A DNA stretch of 64,000 nucleotides from an uncultured Gemmatimonadales bacterium (GTDB lineage Bacteria > Gemmatimonadota > Gemmatimonadetes > Gemmatimonadales > GWC2-71-9): contig CAWHFW010000005.1 in NCBI GenBank assembly GCA_963828735.1, positions 1,568,001 to 1,632,000 on the forward strand, given 5' to 3'. Shown here piece by piece: positions 7,538 through 17,358 of the stretch. The position numbers and the translations under genes were made by a program. Each line of letters starts with the position of its first letter. The first letter of the stretch is position 1. Under the pieces are notes generated by a model. The model saw only the letters and a program-made list of their open reading frames with translations, did no database searches and was not told the origin of the DNA.

Positions 7538-9049
7538 ATGCACGCGGACAAGGCCTACGACGAGCTCATGCGGCGCGTTCGGGAGGAGACGCTCCTCACC
7601 GGCATCGAGGCGCTGCTCGAGTGGGACGAGGAGACGTACATGCCGTCGGGCGGCGTCGAGAACCGGAGCGAGCAGCTCGCGCTGGTGGCCGGCCTGCTGC
7701 ACGAACGGGGCACCGACCCGCGCCTCGGTGAGCTCCTCGCCGCCGTGGAAGGGTCGTCCTTGCTCACGGATCCGGCGGCGCCCGCCGCCGTCAACGTGCG
7801 CGCCGTCCGGCGGGAGTACGACCGGTTCGTTCGGCTGCCACGCACGCTGGTCGAGGATGTCGCCCGCACGACCGCGCTCGCGCAGAAAGCCTGGGCCGAC
7901 GCCAGGTCGGCCTCCGACTTCGCGCGCTTTCGGCCATGGCTCGAGCGGATCGTGGCGCTCAAGCGCCGCGAGGCCGAGTGCGTGGGGTATACCGGCGAGC
8001 CGTACGATGCGCTGCTCGAGGACTACGAGCCCGGCCTCAGCAGCGCCGTCGTGGGCCGGCTGTTCGCCGCGCTCAGGCGCGAGCTGGTACCGCTGGCCTC
8101 ACGGATCGCCGAGGCGCCACGGCGCCCGGACGCCGCGGTGCTGCGACGGCATTTCCCGCGCGACCGCCAGCGCCGCTTCGGTGAGCGGGTCGCCGGCGCC
8201 GTCGGCTTCGATTTTTCCCGCGGCCGCATGGACCTCGGCGTTCACCCCTCTTGCACCGGCATCGGCGCGGGCGATTGCCGCATCGCCGTGCGGTTCGACG
8301 AGCGCGACTTCGCCGGCGGCCTCTTCACCATCCTGCACGAGGTGGGACACGGGCTGTACGAGCTCGGCCTCGACCCGGCGCACTACGGGACGCCGCTCGG
8401 CGAGACTGCCTCGGTCGGCATGGACGAGGCGCAGGCCCGCTTCTGGGAGAACCGCGTCGGCCGGGATCGCGGCTTCTGGAACCACTTCTATCCCAGGGCG
8501 CGAGAGCTCTTCCCCGAGAGCCTGGGCGACGTCCCGATCGACGAATTTCACTTCGCGGTGAACCGCGTGACGCCGTCGCTGATCCGGGTCCAGGCGGACG
8601 AGGTGACGTACAACCTCCACGTGATGATCCGTTTCGACCTCGAGCGCGCGCTGATCGCCGGTACGCTCGCCGTGGCCGATGTACCCGAGGCGTGGGGCGC
8701 GGCCTGCCGCGAGAGCCTCGGTGTCGCGCCGCGCACCGACGCCGAGGGCTGTCTGCAGGACGGTCACTGGGCGGACGGGATGATCGGCTACTTCCCCACC
8801 TACACGCTCGGTGACGTGTTCGCGGCCCAGCTGTTCGACGCCGCCGAGCGCGAGCTCGGCAGCCTCGGCGAGCAGTTCGAGCGGGGAGAGTTCGAGGTGT
8901 TGTTGGGGTGGCTTGGCCGGCAGGTGTACCGTCAGGGAGGCCGCTATCCGTCCGCTCGCCTGATCGAGGTCGTGACCGGCTCTCCGCCGGATCACCGGCC
9001 GCTGGTCGGAATCCTCACGGCGAAGTACGAACAGCTCTACAGCATCTAG
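7538..9049 (+). CDS. Carboxypeptidase, M32 (Taq) family, divergent motifs
   Basis: WDEETYMP, YDALLEDYEPG, HEVGH, IRVQADE, GYFPTYTLG. Confidence 0.9.
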   Translation: MHADKAYDELMRRVREETLLTGIEALLEWDEETYMPSGGVENRSEQLALVAGLLHERGTDPRLGELLAAVEGSSLLTDPAAPAAVNVRAVRREYDRFVRLPRTLVEDVARTTALAQKAWADARSASDFARFRPWLERIVALKRREAECVGYTGEPYDALLEDYEPGLSSAVVGRLFAALRRELVPLASRIAEAPRRPDAAVLRRHFPRDRQRRFGERVAGAVGFDFSRGRMDLGVHPSCTGIGAGDCRIAVRFDERDFAGGLFTILHEVGHGLYELGLDPAHYGTPLGETASVGMDEAQARFWENRVGRDRGFWNHFYPRARELFPESLGDVPIDEFHFAVNRVTPSLIRVQADEVTYNLHVMIRFDLERALIAGTLAVADVPEAWGAACRESLGVAPRTDAEGCLQDGHWADGMIGYFPTYTLGDVFAAQLFDAAERELGSLGEQFERGEFEVLLGWLGRQVYRQGGRYPSARLIEVVTGSPPDHRPLVGILTAKYEQLYSI

Positions 9050-9114
9050 GGCTCGACTAGCGATCCTGCCAGGGTCGCGTGATTCGGTGTTGCAGGCCGC
9101 GTTACTTGCGGTCC

Positions 9115-12100
9115 CTAGACCGTCCGCACCCGCGCCGCCGCCTCCGGTTTCAGCTCCGGCGTGTGCTCCCGTTCCCGTTCCTTCACGTGCTCCTTCCGTC
9201 CGAATCGCTGCTGCAGCGCGTCGAGATACGTGTAGATCACCGGCGTGATGTAGAGCGTGACGAGCTGCGAGAACGCGAGGCCGCCGACGACCGCGATGCC
9301 CAGCGGCCGGCGAGACTCCGCGCCCGCTCCGTGACCGAGTGCGATCGGCAGGGTGCCGACCAGCGCGGCCATCGTCGTCATCATGATCGGTCGGAACCGC
9401 ACGCTCGCCGCCTCCAAAATCGACTCCCGCGCGTTCTTCCCGTGGTGCCGCTCGGCCTCGATTGCGAAGTCGATCATCATGATCGCGTTCTTCTTGACGA
9501 TACCGATCAGCATGATGATGCCGACGAACGCGTAGATGCTGAGATCCTGCTGGAAGATCACGAGCGCGAGCAGCGCTCCGAACCCCGCGAAGGGCAGGCC
9601 CGAGAGAATCGTGAGCGGGTGCACGAAGCTCTCATACAGGATGCCAAGCACCAGGTAGATCACCACGATCGCGAGGATCAGCAGCACCAGCAGCCCCTGC
9701 TGGGCGTCCTGGAACGCCGCGGCGGTGCCGGAGAAACTGGTGCTGATGGTCGAGGGCAGCACCTCGCGCGCCGCCTGCTCCACCCGGTCCACGGCCGTGC
9801 CGATGGAGACGCCCGGCAGGAGGTTGAAGGACAGCGTGACCGACGGGAGCTGTCCCGAGTGGTTGACCGTGAGCGGCCCCACCGACTCGGTCACCTTCGC
9901 CAGGCTGCCGAGCGGCACGGAGACGCCATCCCGCCCGGTGAGGTGCAGCAGGTTCATCGCGGACAGATCGCGCTGGTACTGGGGCAGCAGCTCCATCACC
10001 ACCCAGTACTGGTCGTTCGGGGTGTAGATCGTGCTGACCTGCCGCGCGCCGTACGCGTTGTAGAGCGCGCTCTCGATCTGGTTGACGTCGATGCCGAGGG
10101 CCGAGGAGCGGTCGCGATTCACGGTGACCTGCACCTGCGGGTTCTTGATCTGCAGGTCCGAGGTCACGTCGGTGAGTCCCGGCACGTCGTGCAGCCGCTG
10201 CTCGAGCTTGGCCGCGCCGTCGTACAGGGCGTCGATATCGGAGCTCTGCAAGGTGAACTGGTACAGGCTCTTGGACGACCGCCCGCCGATGTTGATCACG
10301 GGCGGGTTGGTGATGAACACGCGGAGCCCCGGCACGACCGCCAGCTTTCGCGTGAGGGATTGAGCCACCGCATCCGCGTCCAGCGGGCGCTGACCGCGCT
10401 GCTTGAGGTGGATGAAGAGCCTGCCCTGGTTCACCGAGTTGGACCGGCCGCCAGCGCCCACCGACGACATGAAGCCGTCGACGTTCGGGTCCTCCTGCAC
10501 GATGGCCGCGGCGGCGCGCTGGTGCTGTACCATCGCGTCGTAGCTGGTCCCCTCCGCGGTCTCCGTGGTGCCGTTGAGCTGGCCAGTGTCCTCGCTCGGG
10601 ATGAAGCCCTTGGGCACGATGCGCCCGAGGACGATCGTCCCGATCAGGATGCCCAGCGTAAAGAGCATCGCGAGGCCGCGGCGGTCCATCACCCAGGCGA
10701 GGCTGCGCTCGTACCAGGAGAGCGAGGCCTCCCAGGCGCTCTCGGTCGCACGATAGAACCGGCCGTGCTCCGCGTCCTTGTCCTCGCGCTTGAGCCAGCG
10801 GCTGCACAGCATGGGCGTCAGCGTGAGCGAGACGAAGCCCGAGACCAGGATTGCCACCGCGATCGTGACGGCGAATTCCTGGAACAGCCGACCGATCAGC
10901 CCGCCGAGGAGGAGGACCGGAATGAACACCGCCACCAGCGACAGCGTCATCGAGATCACGGTGAAGCTGATCTCCCGGCTGCCGTTGACTGCCGCGTCCT
11001 TCACGGACTCGCCGTGCTCGAGATGGCGCACGACATTCTCCAGCACCACGATCGCGTCATCAACCACGAACCCGACCGCGAGCGTGAGCGCCATCAGCGA
11101 GAGGTTGTCGAGGCTGTAGCCGAGCAGGTACATCACCGCGAAAGTGCCGACCAGCGACATCGGAAGCGCCAGGGCCGGGATGGTCGTGGCCCGGACGTTT
11201 CGCAGGAACAGGAAGATCACCATCACCACGAGGCAGAGCGCGAGGAACAGGGTGAACTTGACGTCGGCCACCGAGGCCTTCACGGTCTCGGACCGGTCGT
11301 ACAGCGTCGCCATGTCGACCGACGCGGGCAGCTGGGGCCGAAGCTGCTCGACATCGTCCTTGACCCGCTGCGCCACCTCCACCGTGTTCGTGCCGGGCTG
11401 CCGCTGGATGGCCAGCACGATGGCGCGCTGCCCGTTGAACCAGCTCGCCTGCTTGGTATCCTGGACGCTATCCAGCACGTTGCCCAAGTCGCCCAGCCGC
11501 ACGGGCGCCCCGTCGCGATACGCCACCACCAGGGCGGCGAAGCCCGCTGCGTTGGTGAGCTGTCCCTGGCTCTCCACGGCGTAGGCCTTGTCCGTGCCCC
11601 AGAGGATGCCCGTCGGCACGTTCACGTTCCCGTTCTGCACCGCGGTGGCCACCTCGTCGATGCCGATGCTCCGGGCGGAGAGCTGCTGCGGGTCGAGCTG
11701 GATCCGCACCGCATACTTCTGCGAGCCGTACACCTGGACCTGCGCCACACCATCCACGGTCGACAGCCGCTGCGCCAGGAAGGTCTCCGCGTACTCGTCG
11801 AGCTGCGACAGCGGCATCGTGTTCGACCGCAGCGCGTAGTACACGATCGGCGATGACGACGGGTCCACCTTCCGGAAGCTCGGCGGCAGCATGTCCTGCG
11901 GGAGCTGGCGCTGGGCCTGCGAGATCGCGGCCTGCACGTCCTGCGCGGCCGCGTCGATGTTGCGGCTGAGGGCGAACTGGAGGGAGATCTGGGTGCTGCC
12001 CTGGCCGCTGGTCGAGGTCATCGCCTCGACGCCAGGGATGGTCGAGAACTGCTTCTCGAGCGGCGTGGCCACCGCGGACGCCATCGTCTCGGGACTGGCG

Positions 12101-12258
12101 CCCGAGAGGCTCGCGCTGACCGAGATGGTGGGGTAGTCCACCGCCGGCAGATCGCTCACCGGCAGCTGGCGGTACGCCACGAGCCCGAAAATGAGGATGC
12201 CGGCCATGACCAGCGTGGTCATGACCGGTCGGCGGATGAAGAGGCCGGTGAAGTTCAT
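9115..12258 (-). CDS. RND efflux permease (HAE1, MdtB/C-like)
   Basis: FIRRPVMTT, GFVVDDAIVVLEN, GIVKKNAIMMIDFA, RFRPIMMTT. Confidence 0.95.
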   Translation of the reverse strand: MNFTGLFIRRPVMTTLVMAGILIFGLVAYRQLPVSDLPAVDYPTISVSASLSGASPETMASAVATPLEKQFSTIPGVEAMTSTSGQGSTQISLQFALSRNIDAAAQDVQAAISQAQRQLPQDMLPPSFRKVDPSSSPIVYYALRSNTMPLSQLDEYAETFLAQRLSTVDGVAQVQVYGSQKYAVRIQLDPQQLSARSIGIDEVATAVQNGNVNVPTGILWGTDKAYAVESQGQLTNAAGFAALVVAYRDGAPVRLGDLGNVLDSVQDTKQASWFNGQRAIVLAIQRQPGTNTVEVAQRVKDDVEQLRPQLPASVDMATLYDRSETVKASVADVKFTLFLALCLVVMVIFLFLRNVRATTIPALALPMSLVGTFAVMYLLGYSLDNLSLMALTLAVGFVVDDAIVVLENVVRHLEHGESVKDAAVNGSREISFTVISMTLSLVAVFIPVLLLGGLIGRLFQEFAVTIAVAILVSGFVSLTLTPMLCSRWLKREDKDAEHGRFYRATESAWEASLSWYERSLAWVMDRRGLAMLFTLGILIGTIVLGRIVPKGFIPSEDTGQLNGTTETAEGTSYDAMVQHQRAAAAIVQEDPNVDGFMSSVGAGGRSNSVNQGRLFIHLKQRGQRPLDADAVAQSLTRKLAVVPGLRVFITNPPVINIGGRSSKSLYQFTLQSSDIDALYDGAAKLEQRLHDVPGLTDVTSDLQIKNPQVQVTVNRDRSSALGIDVNQIESALYNAYGARQVSTIYTPNDQYWVVMELLPQYQRDLSAMNLLHLTGRDGVSVPLGSLAKVTESVGPLTVNHSGQLPSVTLSFNLLPGVSIGTAVDRVEQAAREVLPSTISTSFSGTAAAFQDAQQGLLVLLILAIVVIYLVLGILYESFVHPLTILSGLPFAGFGALLALVIFQQDLSIYAFVGIIMLIGIVKKNAIMMIDFAIEAERHHGKNARESILEAASVRFRPIMMTTMAALVGTLPIALGHGAGAESRRPLGIAVVGGLAFSQLVTLYITPVIYTYLDALQQRFGRKEHVKEREREHTPELKPEAAARVRTV

Positions 12259-13364
12259 GACACCCCCGCCCGGGTGCTGTCGCCCCGGACCTTGATCTGG
12301 ACCTTGGAACCCTGGCGCAGCCGGAGCTGGCCGTCGGTGACGACGCGGTCACCCGGCTTGATGTCCCCACTCACGATCGATACGTCGCCCGCGGTCCGGT
12401 CGACCTTCACCGGGCGCGTGGCCGCCGTGCTGTCGGGCTGGATGACGAAGACGAAGCTGCCCTGCTGGCCCGACACCACCGCCGCGGCCGGGACCACCAA
12501 CGCGTTCTGGTCCACGAACAGGCGGACCCGCACGTTCACGAACTCGCCGGGCCAGAGCACGCCGTCGGTGTTGGGAAAGATGCCCTTGAGGAGGATCGTT
12601 CCCGTCGTGGTGTCCACGGCGTTGTCCACGAAGGCCAGGGTGCCCTCGCCTCCGGACCCGCCTCCCGTGGGCAACGCCAGCACCGCGATCCTGGTGCTCC
12701 CGTACCGCTGGATGGCGCCGATGTTGCTCGCCGGCACCGCGAATCGGACGAGGATCGGCCGGATCTGATTGATGGTGACCAACGGCGTGTCATCCGTCGA
12801 GCGAACCAGATTGCCCTCGCGCACCCTGAGGCTGCCGGTGCGCCCCGAGATCGGCGCGCGGATGGTCGCGTACTGGAGGTTGAGGCGCGCCTGGTCCACC
12901 GCGGCCTGGCTCGCAGCCACGGTCGCGGTGGCGGCGGCCGCGCCGCTTCGCGCCGCGTCGTTCTGCTCGGCCGTGACGTACTCCTTCTCGGCCAAGGTCG
13001 AGTAGCGCTTGGCCTGCTCCGCGGCGTTGGCGGCAGTGGCATGATCACGCGCCAAGAGCCCCTCCGCCTGCTTGAGCGCCGCCTCGAACGGCCGCGGATC
13101 GAGCTCGAACAGCACCTGTCCCTTCTTCACGTCCTGGCCCTCGCGAAACGCGACCTGCACGATCGGCCCACTCACCTGGGCCTGGACCGCCACGGTCTGG
13201 ATGGGCTCGACCGTGCCGGTGGCCGCGAGCTCGTAGGGCACCGAGCGGGTCGCGACGGTGCCCACCGTCACGGGCACGGGCGGCACCTTGGGCGTGTCCT
13301 TCTTCGCGCACGAGGCAAGTAGACACGACGCGGTCAGCAGTGAGAGCAGGCGGGTCAAAGTCAT
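12255..13364 (-). CDS. RND periplasmic adaptor (MFP), lipoprotein
   Basis: LASC lipobox; IRAPISG, VDTTTGTI, LWPGEFV. Confidence 0.92.
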   Translation of the reverse strand: MTLTRLLSLLTASCLLASCAKKDTPKVPPVPVTVGTVATRSVPYELAATGTVEPIQTVAVQAQVSGPIVQVAFREGQDVKKGQVLFELDPRPFEAALKQAEGLLARDHATAANAAEQAKRYSTLAEKEYVTAEQNDAARSGAAAATATVAASQAAVDQARLNLQYATIRAPISGRTGSLRVREGNLVRSTDDTPLVTINQIRPILVRFAVPASNIGAIQRYGSTRIAVLALPTGGGSGGEGTLAFVDNAVDTTTGTILLKGIFPNTDGVLWPGEFVNVRVRLFVDQNALVVPAAAVVSGQQGSFVFVIQPDSTAATRPVKVDRTAGDVSIVSGDIKPGDRVVTDGQLRLRQGSKVQIKVRGDSTRAGVS

Positions 13365-14866
13365 CGAGATGGCACCGTCGTGGTGTCGGGTCGTACCGTG
13401 GTGGTGTCGGTCAGGCGGAGGGAGGTTCCACCCTTCGGATCGAGAACGCCGGCGTCGTGGGCCAGCTGGGCCAGCGAGACGCTCCAGCTCAGCCGGGCCT
13501 CGACATACTGGGCGCGCGCGTTGGCCAATGCCGTCTGCGCCGCGAGCAGATCCAGCACGCTGCCCACCCCCGCCTTGTACCGCGCGAGCGCCACTTCATT
13601 CGATTGCTGGGCGCTGGCGACCAGGTCTTCGGCGGTGTGCACCCGGCGCGTGGATGTCTGGAGCGCGTAGTAGGCGCTGAAGACCTCGTAGACCACCTGC
13701 TGTCGCAACACCTCCGTACGAGCCGAGGCGGCATCCGCTTCGAACTGGGCCGCACGGAGATCGTACTGGCGTGAGAAGCCGTTGAAGAGGGGGATGGACA
13801 GCCCGAGCGCCAGGTTGTAGCTGTTGGCGCCGTTGGGAATGCTGGTGGCGTAGGTCCGGCCTGTGGTCCCGTTCAAGTTGAGCGATGGTAGCAGGCTCGA
13901 GCGGGCCTCCCCGATTCCGGCGCGCGCCGCTTCCGCCTGCGAGCGCGCCGCGGCGAGGTCGGGCCGCCCCTTGAGCGCCGATGCGATGAGCGCGTCCACG
14001 CTGTCCGCCAGCGGCGCGACGGCTCGCGCGGTGATGGTGGAGTCGATGTCGTACGGCAGATTGGCCGGCAGGCCGAGCGCCAGCGCCAGGGCGCCGCGCG
14101 TCGTCTGGATGTTCCCTTCGAAGGTCTGGAGATCGAGCTGCGCCTGGCTCGCCGCAGTGCGCGCCTGGAGCACGTCGGCAATGGTCGCGAGCCCGACACG
14201 CCGGCGCTCCTCGGCCGCCTCGAGATTGGCCTGGGCCTCGGAAAGTGTCGTGCGCTGCGCCCCGACCAGTGCCCGGGTGGCGAGATACTGGAAGTAGGCC
14301 ACCTGAATCTGGAGCACCACGTCCTGGATGGCGGCGTTGTGCGTGAACGCCGCGGCCAGGAGCTGCTGGCGGGATCCCTCGATCCGGCCGCCGCGTCCGC
14401 CGAAGTCGAGCACCAGGTACGAAAGCGACAGGCTCGGCGTGATCAGCGACTGGGTGACGGCGTTACGCCCGAGACTCGCGACCGTCTTGAGGCGCGTCGC
14501 GGTCACGTCCCCGTCCACCGTCGGGAACCGCTCCCCGCGCGCGGAGCCGTACGCCGCGGCGGCGGCCTGGGCATTCGCCCACGCGAGATGCGTACTCGCG
14601 TTGTTGCGCAACCCGATGTCGACGATCTCGGGCAGTGTGAGGCGCTGGATGCGCTCGCCAAGGTCGGCGGGGATCGCCCCCATGCCCGACGTGTCCGCCG
14701 CGGCGACCCTTCGGGCGTCCTCGGCCGGCGGCTGCCAGGGCACCTGCGGCGCGGGGGACGCGCCGGGCACGCCGGACACCTTGGGCGTCCCGACGCAGCC
14801 AGCGGCCGCGAGGGCCGCGACTACGCCGAATACCGCGACAAGGCCAACCCGGTTTTCGCGGGTCAC
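13361..14866 (-). CDS. TolC-family outer membrane factor
   Basis: Two OEP repeats (LDFGGR; IPLFNGF..RYKAGVGSVLDLL); lipobox AAGC; GTG overlaps regulator stop. Confidence 0.9.
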   Translation of the reverse strand: MTRENRVGLVAVFGVVAALAAAGCVGTPKVSGVPGASPAPQVPWQPPAEDARRVAAADTSGMGAIPADLGERIQRLTLPEIVDIGLRNNASTHLAWANAQAAAAAYGSARGERFPTVDGDVTATRLKTVASLGRNAVTQSLITPSLSLSYLVLDFGGRGGRIEGSRQQLLAAAFTHNAAIQDVVLQIQVAYFQYLATRALVGAQRTTLSEAQANLEAAEERRRVGLATIADVLQARTAASQAQLDLQTFEGNIQTTRGALALALGLPANLPYDIDSTITARAVAPLADSVDALIASALKGRPDLAAARSQAEAARAGIGEARSSLLPSLNLNGTTGRTYATSIPNGANSYNLALGLSIPLFNGFSRQYDLRAAQFEADAASARTEVLRQQVVYEVFSAYYALQTSTRRVHTAEDLVASAQQSNEVALARYKAGVGSVLDLLAAQTALANARAQYVEARLSWSVSLAQLAHDAGVLDPKGGTSLRLTDTTTVRPDTTTVPSR

Positions 14867-15360
14867 CGACGGCTCCCGCCGTGCGCAAGCTTGGCAGCAG
14901 CACGTCGGTGCGTCGGGCGGTGCTCCCACCGATCGAGTGCTTCGCCGATCGCTCCCACCATATAGGCGTAGGCGGTCTCGTAGCCGCGAAGCCGGGCGCG
15001 CACGCGCTCGCTTCGGATGGGGAGCGTGCGGCGCGCGTCGCCCACGGCCTGGGTGAAGCGCTGCCACCGCCGCAGCCGGTCAGCCATCGTGCGGCTGAAC
15101 AGGTCGGGGGCGACGCGATAGTAATCGTGGCGGTCGGCGGGCCGGCAGACCCGCTCGAGCACCCCCATGTCCGCCAGTCGGCGGGCGTTGGTGCTCACGC
15201 TGGCCTTGCTCACAGTGAGCGCCTCGGCCAGCTGATCGAGGGAGCGGGGGTCGTCGCTCACCAGGAGGTAGCCGAAGATGCGGCCCGAGATCGGGGTCTG
15301 GCCCTCGGCCTCGAAAAGAAGGCCCATGCGGTCGGTAAAGCGCGTCGTAGCCGTATCCAT
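14863..15360 (-). CDS. GbsR/MarR-family transcriptional regulator
   Basis: GRIFGYLL..SLDQLAEALTVSKASVSTNARRL..DRHDYY; SD AGGAG. Confidence 0.85.
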   Translation of the reverse strand: MDTATTRFTDRMGLLFEAEGQTPISGRIFGYLLVSDDPRSLDQLAEALTVSKASVSTNARRLADMGVLERVCRPADRHDYYRVAPDLFSRTMADRLRRWQRFTQAVGDARRTLPIRSERVRARLRGYETAYAYMVGAIGEALDRWEHRPTHRRAAAKLAHGGSRR

Positions 15361-15428
15361 AGTGCTCCTGACGGTGCTGCCGGGGTTCCGCCGTGTGCCG
15401 CGATTCCAGCCCATGAACGTTTCATACA

Positions 15429-15444
15429 TTCAATACGTACTGAA
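15429..15444. promoter_or_regulatory. Probable autoregulatory operator palindrome
   Basis: TTCAATACGTACTGAA, 14/16 self-complementary, in an AT-rich tract upstream of the regulator; TGAACGTTT repeated at 15414 and 15441. Confidence 0.6.
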
Positions 15445-15545
15445 CGTTTGTCGCCTCCGTGCCGTCGCCGGAGGGGTCACTCACCGCGGGAAAGACGTCG
15501 GCGGTGGGCCAGGCGGGGAAAGCTACTGCCGAAGGGAGGCGGGGA

Positions 15546-16310
15546 TCAGAGGGCGGTGGGACGCCCGAGGAACCAGGCCAAGCTCTCGAGCACGATCGGG
15601 CGCGGGACCTCGTGCCGGCCTTCGAACTCTCGATATCGGACGTCGTAGCCTTGTCGGCGCAGCGCGGGTACGAGTTTGCGGCTGCAGGTCGCAATCGGCA
15701 GGATCTCGTCGGCCACTCCATGGGACACGAAGATCCGCGGCATGCCCCGCCGGGCGGCCGGGATCAGGAAGCCGGGCGAGAAGGCGAGGAGATGGGTGAA
15801 CCGGTCGCCGTTGGCTCGCCCGAGCGCGAGGGCATAGGTCGCGCCGTCCGAGAATCCGGCCAGCGCCACCCGGTGTGGATCGACGAGGCAGCGGGCCTGG
15901 ACCACGGCCAGCGCGCGAGACAGATAGGGCACGTCAGGGCCGAACTCGCCGGTCACGGCGTCCCACGTCGCCCCGCGCGAGTCGGGGGCAAGCACGAGAC
16001 AGCCGGCGTCGCCCGCCTCCGGATCCAGAAGGCGGGACGCGCGTCGGCCCGTGCCTCCCGAGCCGTGCAGCATGACGATGAGCGGCGACGGTCCCTCGGT
16101 GGCGGGGACCGACAACACGCCGTCCCGCTCCCCTCCCGTGCCGATGAGGTGCAGCCCCGGCGGTAGTCGGCTGCCGGGCACGGGTGCCGGCGCAGCCAGG
16201 CGTTCCGCCGGGCCCTGGTGCGTGGTGGCACACGCGGCCAGGACGGGCGCGGCGAACGCGCCGCCGGCCATCCGCATCAGCTCCCGTCGAGTCAGGCGTC
16301 GGTCCGTCAT
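15546..16310 (-). CDS. Phospholipase/carboxylesterase (alpha/beta hydrolase) with Tat signal
   Basis: TRRELM twin-arginine motif; GFSDG nucleophile; HGVADEILP; FEGRH. Confidence 0.85.
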   Translation of the reverse strand: MTDRRLTRRELMRMAGGAFAAPVLAACATTHQGPAERLAAPAPVPGSRLPPGLHLIGTGGERDGVLSVPATEGPSPLIVMLHGSGGTGRRASRLLDPEAGDAGCLVLAPDSRGATWDAVTGEFGPDVPYLSRALAVVQARCLVDPHRVALAGFSDGATYALALGRANGDRFTHLLAFSPGFLIPAARRGMPRIFVSHGVADEILPIATCSRKLVPALRRQGYDVRYREFEGRHEVPRPIVLESLAWFLGRPTAL

Positions 16311-16392
16311 GTCCAGCTAGGGACGAGCCGCGCCCCCCGCCGGACACGCGCCGTATTGCGCGCGAGGGCCGCCCCGGGGGATTTTCCGGTCA

Positions 16393-16670
16393 ATGCACCC
16401 GCAGCTGCATGCGATCGTGGACGACTTCGAGCTGGCCGAGAAGCGTCTCCTTCGGCTCGCGGCGGAAGTGTCTCCAGCCGACTGGGGGCGACGGTCGGAT
16501 CCCACGCGTTGGTCCATCGCCGAGGGCGTGCTCGGGCGTCTCTGGATCATCTCGCCGTTCGATGCCCGCATCCGCTACAACGCGTACGCCTGCCTGACAT
16601 TCTTCCGCGCCACCAGCAGCGTCACCCGTGGCAGGCGGAACAGGTGCGGGGCCGGACACCGCACCGGATG
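16393..16670 (+). pseudogene. DinB-family pseudogene (internal deletion plus frameshift)
   Basis: DinB N-terminus RWSIAE joins directly to C-terminal GRLWIISPF..RYNAY; terminal ILPRHQQRHPWQAEQV lies in another frame from ~16599. Confidence 0.7.
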
Positions 16671-16786
16671 AGACGCGAGCGGACGAGCAGCCGCTGAAGG
16701 AGATCGGCCGAACGGGCGACCTGCGCCGGCGCCCGTGACCGTGGCGAACCTGCGGCGCGACGATCGACGACCACCGGAGGCAGATC

Positions 16787-17344
16787 ATGGCATCGCGCAA
16801 GCGCTACCACCTGGATCTCGTGACGGTCATGCCGGGCGACTCGCGACCCGCTGCCTGGACGTTCGCCGGCGACGCGGTCTCGGGCACCGAACAATCCTAT
16901 CACGTGACCGACGGCAACTTCCCGACCCGCAACCTCTGGGAGTTCATGGTGCGGATCCCGAAGACGCGTGGGCAACGCCTCGAGGTGCGACCGCGCACGA
17001 CACCGAACGTCAAGGTCTGGGCCGAGCTCACCGATCGATCGCTCACCTTCGCGCGAGCCACCAAGGGTGAGGCCCGCGGCCGCTGGTACTGTCCTGTGGC
17101 CCTGGCCGATCCGACCGGCCAGCGGAGCCGCGACATCATCCGGGGCGATCAGCGCCACCAGCTTCCCGCCTGGTTCACTCCGCTGCAGGGCCGCATGCGG
17201 CTCAAGCAGAATATCCGACCCACGAAAGGCACCGACGGCGAATCCCTCGTGATCCTCGTCCAGCCGGACGACTACCCGGCGATGATCCGGCTGTTCTTCG
17301 CGACCAAGGTCTGGGTCCTGAAAGAAGGGATCACGGTCGCCTGA
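16787..17344 (+). CDS. Hypothetical basic protein
   Basis: SD GGAGG; GC3-rich codons; no recognised domain. Confidence 0.75.
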   Translation: MASRKRYHLDLVTVMPGDSRPAAWTFAGDAVSGTEQSYHVTDGNFPTRNLWEFMVRIPKTRGQRLEVRPRTTPNVKVWAELTDRSLTFARATKGEARGRWYCPVALADPTGQRSRDIIRGDQRHQLPAWFTPLQGRMRLKQNIRPTKGTDGESLVILVQPDDYPAMIRLFFATKVWVLKEGITVA

Positions 17345-17358
17345 GCGCGCGGCGCCTC

